Shown here piece by piece: positions 43,450 to 58,456 of a DNA stretch of 64,000 nucleotides. A program made the translations under genes and the position numbers. Source of the DNA: Octopus vulgaris (lineage: Eukaryota); contig OX597818.1 of NCBI GenBank assembly GCA_951406725.2, positions 113,832,001 to 113,896,000 of the forward strand. The letters run 5' to 3'. Under the pieces are notes generated by a model. It was not told where the DNA came from and made no database searches. It worked only from the letters and a program-made list of their open reading frames with translations. The first letter of the stretch is position 1. Each line of letters opens with the position of its first letter.

Positions 43450-43558
<109 letters not shown>

Positions 43559-43564
43559 AAAAAC

Positions 43565-43859
43565 TTACTTGGAAAAGGATGCGTGGCGTTCGATCATATA
43601 ATAATAAATATATAAATATATATATAAGCATATATACATACATATATGTACATACCTACATATATATGTATATATACATGCATATATGGGTACAGGATAT
43701 CAAAAAAACGTGGAACACAACGAGAAACGAAAACATAAAAACAAAAACATAGAAACCAACTTTTTTTTCAAACAACGAAATTAACAGAGTATAAGACAAA
43801 CAACATAAGGAATATTCCCCTTCTTCAGTTGTTCCTGCTCCATCTACTCCGCGTTTCGA

Positions 43860-43862
<3 letters not shown>
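43565..43862 (-). repeat. Dispersed repeat family X (copies 25636-25850+, 57960-58225-, 62040-62510+; related copies 46585-46725-, 50565-50710-)
   Basis: Shared GGAGTAGATG..ACAACTGAAGAAGGGGAATATTC..TTTATGTTTTCGTTTCTC..GTCCTGTACCCATATATGCATG sequence. Confidence 0.85.
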
Positions 43863-43900
<38 letters not shown>

Positions 43901-43904
<4 letters not shown>

Positions 43905-44148
43905 CGTGATCACCGTGATCGACCAGGCTATCAGATGTTGCTACACATCGCTGGTCACAATGCGCTTCGCATTTTTTCTTTTTAGCTTTCAAATGACGCC
44001 ACCCCGCTGGCTAAGCGAGCAGGCCAACAGAAGAAAGAGTGAGAGAAAGTTGTAGCGAAACTTTTCTAATACAGCCTGGTCTGGGAATCGAAACCGCGAT
44101 CCTACGACCGCGAGTCCGCTACCCTAACCACTGGGCCATTGCGCCTCC
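43901..44148 (-). mobile_element. tRNA-derived SINE, family C
   Basis: Minus-strand head GGAGGCGCAATGGCCCAGTGGTTAGGG...GGTTTCGATTCCC with A and B boxes; tandem GATCACGGT tail. Confidence 0.8.
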
Positions 44149-44159
44149 ATATATATATA

Positions 44160-45187
44160 TATATAAACTGAGAATGTGTGTGTGTGTGTCTGTCTGTCTG
44201 TGTGTTTCCCTAAAACTTGAGAACTACACAACCAATTTCATTCAAATTTTACACATGCCTTACTTAGGGTCCATGTAGTTTCATGGGCAAAAAAATGTTC
44301 AACTTCTTGCCTAGAGCGAGCCCATAGCAATATCATATATTCTCCCCTATTTCAGTATTACGTGTTAAAACTGAAACAAAAACATTTCTCTATTTTATGT
44401 CAGATGCTTTCACTTTAACAATAAAAATAATAATAACAATTGAATTATATGTAGCAAGTAATAATTAAAATCAAACTAAAGTATAATATAATCGTAACAT
44501 AACAAAAGTAAAAATAGCAATTGGTATAAAATTGCATCAATGACTTGAACTTGAATAAGTGGTTTCACATGAATGGGAATAAATTAAAATTAAAATTAGC
44601 GTGCAGAAATGGAATAGTCCAGATGGATAATAAAAAATTAAATTAAAGAAAAGACTATTGTCTATAAAGTATACAATGTAGAGAAAAAAGATTTGAACAC
44701 CTGGAGGAAAGCGCCATCGAAAAGTGTCTTGGTGCGACTATGAAAGATATCTAACCAGAGGCGGTAAATTCGCCACAATAGAAGCAAGGTTCGAGTCAAC
44801 GGCGCGTACAAGGGAGTACTCGACTCGAACTTGCAAAGTGGAAATATTTTATTATTACCTTTATATCTGGGACATAGGACGTCCCGGATAAAAATTAAAG
44901 ATGTCCCCCTCCCCCCAGCAGTAGAGGTAGGCTGGATTGTAGCCACACTTCTATACAAGAGGGAGGACAAGATATAATTGATCGAAATTCCAAGAGACAG
45001 GCTTACAATTCCAGTCTGTTATATATTTTGAGTATTGTTATCACTAGCGATATCAAGATATAACTTTGTATTTTGTATTTTATGTGTAGATATATATATA
45101 TAGATGTACATGTAATATGTACACATATATATACACATATATACATGCACTAGCACTATGACCCGGCAACGACGGGTCATAATGCTA

Positions 45188-45188
<1 letters not shown>
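44160..45188 (+). mobile_element. Non-autonomous Helitron
   Basis: 5' TATATAAACTGAGAATGTGTG..(TGTC)n leader. 3' hairpin ATGACCCG-GCAACGA-CGGGTCAT followed by CTAG (45185-45188) and T. The 5' end is blurred by (TA)n. Confidence 0.75.
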
Positions 45189-45232
<44 letters not shown>

Positions 45233-45974
45233 CTTGGAAATGGATGCGTCGCGTTCAATCAATAATATAATTAGTATAAATATATGAAGGAATACCAAAA
45301 ATGGGGGACAAGAACGTAAAACATCCTGACAAACAATACAAAAAACAAGGACTGGTCATTCGGAGTTTTCTTTCTTCAGTCGAGTTCCAGATTATCTTTG
45401 CAATTTCGGCTTGTTATACTCGAGATTGTTCCAATCAGGCTAGCCGGAGGAAAAACTAAGCTAAGAGAACTAGATTCCTTGTAAGAAAGCAGCGAATGCA
45501 TACGAAAATAAGGACGAAAAAAAACAGAGAAATGGTAAACAAATACAAATGCAAATAAAGGACATTAACAACAGGTGTATTTCGACTAAGGACGAATTAA
45601 ATTAAGCTAGCGTGTGTGGAAGTGAAGTCTTACGGCAGGGACATAAGAGATGACAGGCATAGGGAGGAATATAGATGTTGCACGGATGGTAGTCGAACCA
45701 AGAAAGGAAGATCACGCTTGGCTGAACACCGGTCACATGGAGAGAGAAGAGAGAGAGGTAGAGGCAGAGGGATAGAAGAATTAGGGAGGGACGAGCAGAA
45801 AAGAAAAGTGTCAGAATGAAGTGAAAAAGGAGGGAAGGTGAGAATGAAGAGAAAGCCAGGAAATGTGAAAGTGGAAAGAACGAAGTGTGAAGGGGATAAT
45901 AGAAAGAAGGAAAGAATGAAGGAATAATAGAGTCGTACAAAATTTAGACATATATATATATCTATATATATATA

Positions 45975-46401
45975 TATCGCACTTCGACTTTGTTTACATA
46001 TTTCTCGATAAATTTTGAGCGTTAGACAATATACCAGAAATCCCTAGTTTGTCGGGTACGTTCTGCGTCTGCGCAGTGATCTGATTAGTTAGAGAGAGCA
46101 AATTATTAGACGCACATGTTTCTAGTGAGGTGCGATTTCACAATAACAGGGCTCTTACCGATGAATTCTCCCTGAGTAATTAAATTATTTTTATTACTGA
46201 AAAGAACGAAACTGCAGCCTAAGAGGAACCGAGTTAGTAAACGTTTTTATTTTCATTTCACTAAATTTATCAAGCTTCTGTGTTTCTAGTACATACTTCG
46301 CCTTTTAATGCACTTATATATGAATAATATATGGCCTGTGCTAGAAACACCAGCGATAATAATTAATTTTATTTTATCGCACTTCGACTTTGTTTATATA
46401 T
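45975..46401 (+). mobile_element. Retrozyme-like unit: 400-bp period, 27-bp terminal direct repeat, internal type I hammerhead
   Basis: TATCGCACTTCGACTTTGTTTA(C/T)ATAT at 45975 and 46375; HHR at 46152-46225; flanked by TA-rich tracts. Confidence 0.75.
46152..46225 (+). ncRNA. Type I hammerhead ribozyme, partly decayed
   Basis: Stem I CTCTTA/TAAGAG; core CCGATGA; stem II ATTCT/AGAAC with an AT-rich AGTAAT..ATTACT extension; GAAA; palindromic stem III CTGCAG; site GCC instead of GUC. Confidence 0.75.
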
Positions 46402-46404
46402 ATG

Positions 46405-46450
<46 letters not shown>

Positions 46451-46451
46451 C

Positions 46452-46517
<66 letters not shown>

Positions 46518-46839
46518 GTACTTACATATAAGTGACCAAAGTGTACGTACGACGCCCTATTTATATAAAAAGGAATGCATATATAGGTACAGGATGTCAT
46601 CAACAGTAAACAACATGAAATACGAAAACAAATGAGTTCAATACGCAAACAACGAGAGAAACAAATGGAAAACAGGACAAGTAACATAAAGAACGACCCT
46701 TCATCAGTTGTCGGTTGATAATCATTACATTCTAAGTCGACTCGATAAAGATTACTTTCTTGCCATTTCTGCTGCAAAGTTTATATAAAATGTCTTTTTC
46801 CATTTAAAATGAAATACAGAATCATAACAATGCAAACAC

Positions 46840-46919
<80 letters not shown>

Positions 46920-47166
46920 GATTTTAGAATATCAAATATCTCTTTACTAGTAATTATATATGCATTTTTAAAATTGATTACAGAGCAATTTTTGATGTAG
47001 ATATATTTTAGCTAACATGAAATGATACCATTTGATTGATACTAGCGAAAACAGATTTCAATTGCAGATTAATTCAGTTTGATATTGTAGAATACTATAC
47101 GTACATTTCAAAGATCTGCTCTTGGATTATTTATAAATAGAAAAAATATAACCAATATAACTAATA

Positions 47167-47465
47167 CTAGCAGTATCGCCCGGCGTTGCTCGGGTTTGTA
47201 AGGGAAATAACTATATAAGCATTTTTAGAGAGTTACTTCCCTTATATAATAGCAAAAAAAATGCATTAAAAATGGGAAAAATGATGGTAATTTTTTTTTT
47301 AAATCGTAGACTCATCGTAGACGCGCGCTAATACCCAGAAGGGCTCGATATGAATCGCGACTATAAGATACCCGCTTTTGGTTAAACTGCACCGCAAAAT
47401 GTGGGAGTAGTTAGGAATCTAAATCGTAGGAGACAGACACACAACTTCACTTTTATATATGAAGA
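47167..47465 (-). mobile_element. About 300-bp non-autonomous Helitron
   Basis: Minus strand starts A|TCTTCATATATAAAAGTGAAGTTGTGTGTCTGTCT and ends CCCGAGCAACGCCGGGCGATACTGCTAG|T: TC...CTAG termini, subterminal hairpin, A|T target. Confidence 0.9.
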
Positions 47466-47559
47466 TAACCAACATTGATATTTAAATGATGAAGGACGCA
47501 AGGATGTCGTATATATTTTATGACACGTTCTTCTTGGTTAAGAAAACAAAAACATAGAA

Positions 47560-48110
47560 ATTAACTTTACGGCGTCTCAATGGATCGCTACGACAAGGGA
47601 GAGACTTCAGACATGGTCAGACTGAACAAGAGAACATAGTCCACTTGTATAGGACTTTAGAGATTACGGAACGGCCGTAACCCAGAATATGATCGGACAT
47701 GGCATGGAGTTTAAAAAAAACGATAATTAACATTTTTGAAGAAGTCATTTACTAATTACTCTTGACAAGGACAAACTTGAATATAGTAATTTTTAGTGGC
47801 TGTTCGATTAAATCTAAAGGCAAGCAACCGCCGTAAACCCAACTCATAAATATAATATACAGAAATAAGAACTCCTACCAGTTACCCAGGATCATATAGC
47901 AGATTACAGACAATATTAGTAGATGTATATCTAGTATGTCATCTGACGGGAAAATATTTAATGCATCTATTCCATACTCAAATAGAACCCTATCTATATG
48001 TGGTCTTGACGACATAGATACAGCAATATATACAGCAACCTGTATCAAATATGACTAAATATAAAAAAACAGAAAAGTAATTTCACGTAACCCTCCCATA
48101 ATTTTAAATG
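47560..48110 (+). pseudogene. Highly decayed Penelope-like reverse transcriptase fragment
   Basis: Pieces RRKPNS and ISSMSSDGKIFNASIPYSNRTLSICG resemble the PLE RT C-terminal motifs YRKPN and RISxLSSNEEIFNxAxPYYNxALxxSG as recalled. Confidence 0.5.
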
Positions 48111-48677
48111 TATCGACAAATGATGTAGGAGCTTTTCTAATTCAGAATTATGATTGGAGTGATCAAGAGGATTAGGTGAGAGAAGAAACGGTGGAGGAGG
48201 TTAGGAGCTAGATAAGAAGGTGGTTATGTGTGGGAACTGAGAGAGAAGTGGTTGGTTGTGCATGTGCAAGTATAAGAGTATGTCTGTATTTAGGGATGAC
48301 ATGAGTGAATGGGGTGTGCATGTGGGTAAAAGTGTGCAAGTTCAGGAGTATAGTGCCGTTAGTTTGGGAGTATGAGGTGTTGGTGTGTGTATGTTAAGAA
48401 TGTGTGAGGAAATCGTGCAAGTGAGGTGAGAGAGGATGCAAGTGTAAGGCAAAAGGAAAGACAATAGGAATCTGGTGGGAACGATAAAAGTGTGTGCAAC
48501 AGTATGGATGTGAGTCGCTGTTACATGGAAGGAAGGTATGAACAAGAGAAACGAAAGAGAGACAAAATGTGAATTCAGGCAGAGGAAAAAAATTCAAGGC
48601 AAAATATGATTGAGAAAAAAATATAGTAACATTCAACTACAATGCAATACGCAGATCAATAAATGGCAGCGATAGAA

Positions 48678-49077
48678 ATTCTTTTCTACTCTAGGCACAA
48701 GGCCCGAAATTTTGGGGGAGGGGGTCAGTCGATTAGATCGACCCCAGTACGCAACTGGTACTTAATTTATCGACTCCGAAAGGATGAAAGGCAAAGTCGA
48801 CCTCGGCGGAATTTGAACTCACAACGTAACGGCAAACGAAATACCTATTTCTTTACTACCCACAAAGGGCTAAACACAGAGGGGACACACAAGGACAAAC
48901 AAACGGATTAAGCCGATTACATCGACCCCAGTGCGTAACTGGTCCTTAATTTATCGACCCCGAAAGGATGAAAGGCAAAGTCGACCTCAACAGAATTTGA
49001 ACTCAGAACGTAACTGCAGACGAAATACCGCTAAGCATTTCGCCCGACGTGCTAAAGTCTCCGCCAGCTCGCCGCCA
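48678..49077 (-). mobile_element. Family B SINE with duplicated core
   Basis: Two copies of CGAAAGGATGAAAGGCAAAGTCGACCTC..GAATTTGAACTC; head GGCGGCGAGCTGGCGG at the right end. Confidence 0.88.
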
Positions 49078-49970
49078 GGCAGAGAGAAAAATTTACGAGT
49101 TCTATGAGAGAAAAGTTACTTAAAAATTACTCAATACAAGTGAAAAATGCACAAGGTTGGAAGGAGTGTTCTAAGGATGGTGCGGCACTGATAAAATAAC
49201 TTCGGTAAAGTACATGGAAAGGTAAGTGGAATATGATAGATGTGTGTGCACATATTTGCTCATCAGAGATCAAAGAAAAATATGTTAGCAGCTCGTTTAT
49301 TTCACGTTGGTGTTATGTGGTGGGTTATATCATATAACTTTTTTTATTCCTTTGCAATACAGGCAGATGTTCACCTTCGGAAAGTTCATAATTGTCTCTA
49401 CATGCCGATAATCTCGTTGCTGTACTCTGCAGCCTCAGTTCAATATGGTTTCGACTGGAGATAAAGAGTATATTTCTTTGCTAATGTTGTTGGTTTCAAT
49501 GTTGTGTGCTTGTTGTTGCTGGTATTGTTTAGCCTTAGGTCAGCCTTGATTCGAGCAAATCTATAATCAGAATCCTCACATCTTCCTTTTTTTTTTACCT
49601 ATCTTTGACTACATAGTCTATGTATTTATTTAAGCATTTTTCTCTTATTTCTAGCAGGTTGAGTGATGACGTAGAGACTTCTCCATTAGCAGGGTTTATC
49701 TGGTTCTATAATTGGATAGTGTTTGTATTTTGTTTGGTTTGCTTTTGTTGCTGTTGTTGTCTTGAAAGGCTCTTATAACCCAGAGAGTAAGTTAGGTATA
49801 ACATCCTGAAAGTGTAACTATGTCGAGTCAACCTGGACTGTCATTATTTTAGGCTCATTGGTATGTACGGTAAGTTGTGAAGTCAAGCATACGAAATCTT
49901 TTTCCCACCCTTTTTTCCACTCTTTCTCTTTTTTTTCAAATTTGCCGAAGATGACAGCACAACCACGAAT

Positions 49971-49971
49971 G

Positions 49972-50048
<77 letters not shown>

Positions 50049-50065
50049 GGTGGTGGTGGTGGTAA

Positions 50066-50113
<48 letters not shown>
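49971..50113. repeat. (GTA)n/(GTG)n trinucleotide tract
   Basis: Direct reading; explains the poly-T and poly-V ORFs. Confidence 0.95.
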
Positions 50114-50114
<1 letters not shown>

Positions 50115-53100
50115 TTTAATGATATTGACCAAGAATTAATTCTGAAGTGGAGAAAAGAGGGGGAAAAGTCTGTATCAACTCAAGAGCTTTGATCAAATAA
50201 TCGTTGATAAGAAGATAGTTGTTGATAGACGTCTACACACTGATGAAGCGGCGCCAAGAAGCTCCTCTATATTAATAAAGATGTGTTCCTGAACAGCTGG
50301 GAAGAGTTGTATTAGAAGCGGTGTATGTGTACATAAGCGAATGTCTGTCGATATGTATTGGTATATACATGTGCGTTTTGGTGGCCGTGTATATATTTGT
50401 ATGTCTAATCGCTATGTATTTGCATGCGTGTGAGTATGAGTGCGCGTATTAACGATAAATCTTTGCGATTGTGTATGCATATATGTGTGTCTGTGCATAC
50501 ACACACACATATATACATACATACATACATACATACATACATAATTATATACATATATATATATGGGTACAGGACGTCACCAACAGTAAAGAACATGAAA
50601 TACGAAAACAAATGAGTTCAATACGCAAACAACGAGAGAAACAAATGGAATACAGTACAGGTAACATAAAGATCGACCCTTCATTAGTTGTTGGCTGTCT
50701 ATCTACTCCTCCTCTGAACGATAAAAGAGCTGTAGTGGAAATCAAAGGAGATTATTAATACTTACTGTGTGGGCTTCAATTACTCAGGAGCTTAAGAGAT
50801 ACTGTGTCCCTGTATACGAATATGGCGAGTAATAAAATTATATGCTGTAGTTACTGGGAAAATGTTACATCCTAATTAAGAAACCCGATTATAGAACAAA
50901 TGGCGTGAAATTTCAAGACGTTGGGATCACAGGAAGAGTTCCATCAGGAGTGAACTCCTTTTGACCATCAGAAAATTCTATTACACAATAATTATTAGCT
51001 TAACATGCAGTTTACGGTCGTAAAAAAACAAAGTAGATTGTCCTAAAAAGTAAATTACTATAGAAACCAGAAGTTACGACAATGACATCCCAAAATTTTA
51101 TTTAAAAGACTCTAAAAAACTCTCTCATAATGCCGCATCCACGGGCATTTATATTTATAGAACTTTCTTGTGATATGTTAAGTATCAGCTGAGCTAAACG
51201 GTTCCAGTGTGCTTTACCCTACAACGAACATCATTGAGAAGTATGACTGTTTTCATCATATATAAAATACATGTACGGCTTTCATGCTATATGAAATATA
51301 TGTACATTCTATACTTTGGTTATGTCACATACATTGTTTACATGAAATCATAAGATGTCATTGTCGTCAATTCCGGTTTTTATCGCAGTTAACTTACATT
51401 ATTTTTAGGACAATTTACTTTTACATCTTTACGATCGTAAACTGCATTTCAACTGATTTTTAATCGCCTCTCCTTATTTTTCACTGAAGCTACCCACCAA
51501 TGAGTGCCATGAATCAGTAACAATTTTATCTACCCATTTTTTTTTCTTTTTTAATTTTTGCTCTGTGACAACTTGAATAATACTTCACGATTAATTCCCA
51601 AGTAGATTAATCTCGATTCAGCACTGATCCAGTTGACCTATAATCAAATGCATTCCAACTGAAACTATCCATCATTTCTATGTACATTGCGTCTAGAAAT
51701 ACATTATTGAATGAATGTGCTCTTTTTCTTTAAACTGTAAGATTGTGATTCGGAGGATATTTAGCCCGTATTTCTGGCAGACGAGTGACCACGTAGAGGC
51801 TTAAAAGCTTTCTTGTTCAAATGCATGTATATCAGCGTATATGTACATGTATATGTTGCTACTGGTAACCACGCAAACCAGTACAACCTATTCATAGCCG
51901 GGCCTTCGGTAACTAAACCTACAATTCCACCAACTTGAAAGAGGAGAGCAATTTTTTGACACCCGACACGATAAGAAACAAAAACTGTCGAAGAGCGAAT
52001 GAACTCATGAAATTCAACAGCTTTTCTAAAGCGTATATATAAACATGCTCGCATTTATGTGCATTTAGCTGTATATATAAATCCAAATGAGAGCAGGAGA
52101 CTCTCACTTGAACCTCCGGTATTATACTGTGTATTTTGCCTGTTTTTACTTGTTGCCAGTTTAACGATCCGGATATCATGCATACATGCACGCACACATT
52201 CAGCCATTCGACCGCTGTATCTGCTGTAAAGTTACTTCTGCTGAATAGCTGTGCTAACCACTACACCAAAGGGCAATTAAAACTTGAACTGTTCAAATTA
52301 GAAGACTTAATCTAAGAAGATTAGATTATACATACTAGCACCCTTTCAACAAGGGTTTCAGTCGCCACAGTATATATGTATGCATGTATATATGTATGTA
52401 TATACGTAAATACGTTTCTATACAACGGATTTTGATCATATGTCTGTTCGATCAGGCTAACATTGGATTAATCGACATTAACAACAGCCACAAATTCAGT
52501 TCATCCTATTGTCGGGTAAATAACAGACACCAGCTCTTATCGTATATTACTTTTAACTACCAGCAGGCTTTGGACAATGTTGTGTTATATACAAAAGACG
52601 CGACAATCAACGTTCTGAGTTCAAATTCCACCTAGGTCGACTTTGTTCGTCACCATTTCAGGGTTGATGAAATAAGTGCCAGATGTGCACTGGGGTCGAT
52701 GTAATCGAGTAGCCTCTTTCCCCAAACTTTTAGGCCTTGTGCCTATCATAGAAAGGATTATTATTATTATTATTATCACTACTACCTCCACCATAATTAC
52801 TATGTCTACTACCGCTATTATTCTCACCATTGCCACCACCATCACTGATATTACTATCAGAACCGTTCGTGCAAACACTTTTCTACACCAACAATAATAC
52901 AGGCAGGCATTAAAATATAAATAAAAACATTAAAATAATTGTTTATATTGCACACATTTGTGTTTTCTTTGAAAGCATTTTTGTGGTAGAACTCAACACC
53001 TACTTATTATTTCAGTGAACACCGAGCGTAAGTCTCATAAGGCTAAGCTGTTTATGGATACAATATTTTCATAACTTCATAAACATAGTATATTTCACAG

Positions 53101-53339
53101 AAACATGTCAAAACATACATTGAAAACGAAGACCAAAGAAATATAATTAAGAAGAAAGATAAAGATTTAAAAAAAACAGCTCTATAAAAAAAATCCTTCC
53201 TTCTTTCCCTAATTTCCTGATTATTTTCTCTCAACGCCTCGCACCAAAAGTAGTATTTACAAATTACTGGCTTGTTATATACATGTATACATACATATAT
53301 ATGTATATATATAAATATATATATATATATATACATTCC

Positions 53340-53387
<48 letters not shown>

Positions 53388-53401
53388 AATACATACATAC
53401 G

Positions 53402-53468
<67 letters not shown>

Positions 53469-53757
53469 AATCTGCACGCACACTCACGCACACATGCACA
53501 CACACACACATATTCACACACACATACACATATAAGCATATATAAGGTTCGTCGTGATAAGAGTTATTGCGCCCCAGTTCACACGTCATCTCATATTTAT
53601 TAGTTCCTTAAACGACCGAAGTTTACCTACAGAAAGTGTTTAGAGGTTTTTGCGTGTGGCCTTTGTCTCGCTCTACATCGTTGTTCGCCAAACCGATTTT
53701 ATGATAAACAGTTTGATTTTACCAGAAATTTCCCCTTCCTTCTCTCTTCTTCTCTCA

Positions 53758-53793
<36 letters not shown>

Positions 53794-54058
53794 TTCACTC
53801 AAGCTCTCATTCTCACTCCCTTTTTTCAGTAGACATTGGTCAGCATATTAATTTGTTCTTTCTCATGGGGTCCCGATAAGTACATATTTATATTATTATA
53901 TTGAATGGCTCGACATTTTATCCTTTGTTGTTGTTTTTCCCAGTGATAGCTGGTTAAGGCCATACATACATACATACATACATACATACATACATACATA
54001 CTTATATACATACATACATACATGCATACATACATACATACATACATACATACATACA

Positions 54059-54101
<43 letters not shown>

Positions 54102-54249
54102 ATGTGCGCGCTTGTGTTTCAGTAATTATTTATACAAAAATCCTGAAATTGTTGTTGTTGTTGTTGTATGACCCTAAGAGATCTCAGAGAATTCGGTAAA
54201 ATCAGTTTAAGTATCGAGATCTTTGTTCTTTATCTGGAAGTGAGGAAGA

Positions 54250-54470
54250 GAGAGAAATGGGTATTGCCACTAGGTTTGGAGATGCACTGTCATAAGTGTC
54301 ATCAGATACTATATTTTGATCAAATTAAGTTGGTGTATAAGGAAAGACATTCTAAACATAATCATCTGATCAATTTTATTTTTAGACATAATGTATCTTG
54401 GACTACCAAACATGGGCACCTCTTTTCGAGATACGGGCTACATGAAAAAGTGTTTGTTATCAGGTAAGTC
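54250..54470 (-). mobile_element. Decayed LINE AP-endonuclease fragment
   Basis: LITNTF followed, after a frameshift, by SP....KNKIDQMIM; resembles the ITNTFF...W.SP...KNQIDHI motif. Confidence 0.45.
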
Positions 54471-54806
54471 GTACTACTAAAATAATTAAAGGCAATTTTT
54501 CGTTACACATGCCATTCAGAAAGTCCCTTGGTCGCAAGCTGCTCAGAACTGGAGCAGATACTTTTATAATTTCTTTCATTTTTTTAAGACTGACAGTGTA
54601 CAGTGGAATAGCAACTATTCCTAGCAGAATGAACGACCATGTAGAAGATCTATACGGCTCATTGATGCCTACCAGCAGTAACACCAATCTCTGGGAGGTT
54701 TTCCGCTTTAATCTATCATGTTCGCATGTAGAAAATTTCTGGGATGTACATTTCTGCTAATATGTATGCATGCATGCATGCATGCATACATACATACATA
54801 CATTCA

Positions 54807-54864
<58 letters not shown>

Positions 54865-54866
54865 CC

Positions 54867-57181
<2,315 letters not shown>

Positions 57182-57183
<2 letters not shown>

Positions 57184-57765
57184 CTTTGTTGAATATATTA
57201 TATAGTCTGTGACTATTTCTATTTTCTCACTTGACCGCTGGTTGCGGAAAATTTTTCTTGAATTTTTTGCTACCCTATATTGATAAATAAATAATTTTTG
57301 ACTAATTCTGAAATTGTATCATCAGTTTATATTTGCTGCTGAGTAGTTGGCGCGGTTACGTTGGATTTCGAAAAATTAGGATATATATACTCGGGGCTTC
57401 AGTGGTGTCGCCTCGTGGGTATATGTTCTCCTTTTCTTTTGGTGACTTTGCTGATGAAACAAGCCAATCGCAAACGGATTTAATTTAATTTAATTAAGTT
57501 CGATTGCGTTAAAATTGTTGAAACCTTGCAGGGTACAAAGTTGAAAGGGATAAATGTTTTTATTTCTCCTTTAGCTTTCAGAATTACTACTATTTTTGCG
57601 GTTTGAGTTTGGCTGCTCTTTTCAAGTGAGTTGAAAGACCTGTCAGGGTCGTTCCTTAATACTTTGTTGAATATATTATATAGTCTGTGACTATTTCTAT
57701 TTTCTCACTTGACCGCTGGTTGCAGAAAGTTTTTCTTGAATTTTTTTGCTACCCTATATTGATAA

Positions 57766-57768
<3 letters not shown>
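57182..57768 (+). mobile_element. Retrozyme-like unit: 478-bp period, about 108-bp terminal direct repeat, intact type I hammerhead
   Basis: TACTTTGTTGAATATATTATATAGTCTGTGAC...CCCTATATTGATAAATA at 57182-57289 and 57660-57768; (TA)n on both sides; no protein-coding signal. Confidence 0.85.
57444..57542 (+). ncRNA. Canonical type I hammerhead ribozyme
   Basis: Stem I GACTTTG (57444-50) / CAAAGTT (57536-42); CTGATGA (57451-57); stem II AACAA/TTGTT with an inner CAATCG/CGATTG helix; GAAA (57520-23); stem III CCT-TGCA-GGG; GUA site, predicted cut after 57535. Confidence 0.9.
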
Positions 57769-57841
<73 letters not shown>

Positions 57842-57857
57842 CATATATATATATATA

Positions 57858-57903
<46 letters not shown>

Positions 57904-58387
57904 TATACACATATATACATATATATATATACATATACATATATATATATACAAAATAATAATATCGATAATATATAAATATATGCATATATACATACAT
58001 ATATGTACACACCTACATATATATGTATATATACATGCATATATGGGTACAGGACATCAAAAAAATGTTGAACACAATGAGAAACGAAAACATAAAAACA
58101 AAAACATAGAAACGAACATTTTTTCGAGCAAAGAAAAAAACCGAGAAACGAGACATACAACATAAAGAATATTCCCCTTCTTCAGTTGTCCCTGTTACAT
58201 CTACTCCGAGTTCCGAAGGTAAGGAAAAATATATATATTCTATATATATATATATATACACACTAATATTAGCAGAAATAACAGAGTGACTCAAGGTTTG
58301 AGAGTTTCTTGCTTTTAGCACTTATCTTATTATATATCAGTTTATACACTCGGTAAACGCGCTCGCACGAACGCAGACACATGCGCG

Positions 58388-58456
<69 letters not shown>

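Noticed and set aside
50239-50270. CTGATGA as a hammerhead core; likewise CTGAGGA near 36289 and 6071, CTGACGA near 21370 and CTGATGG near 599
   Set aside because: No properly placed stem II plus GAAA plus stem I; expected by chance.
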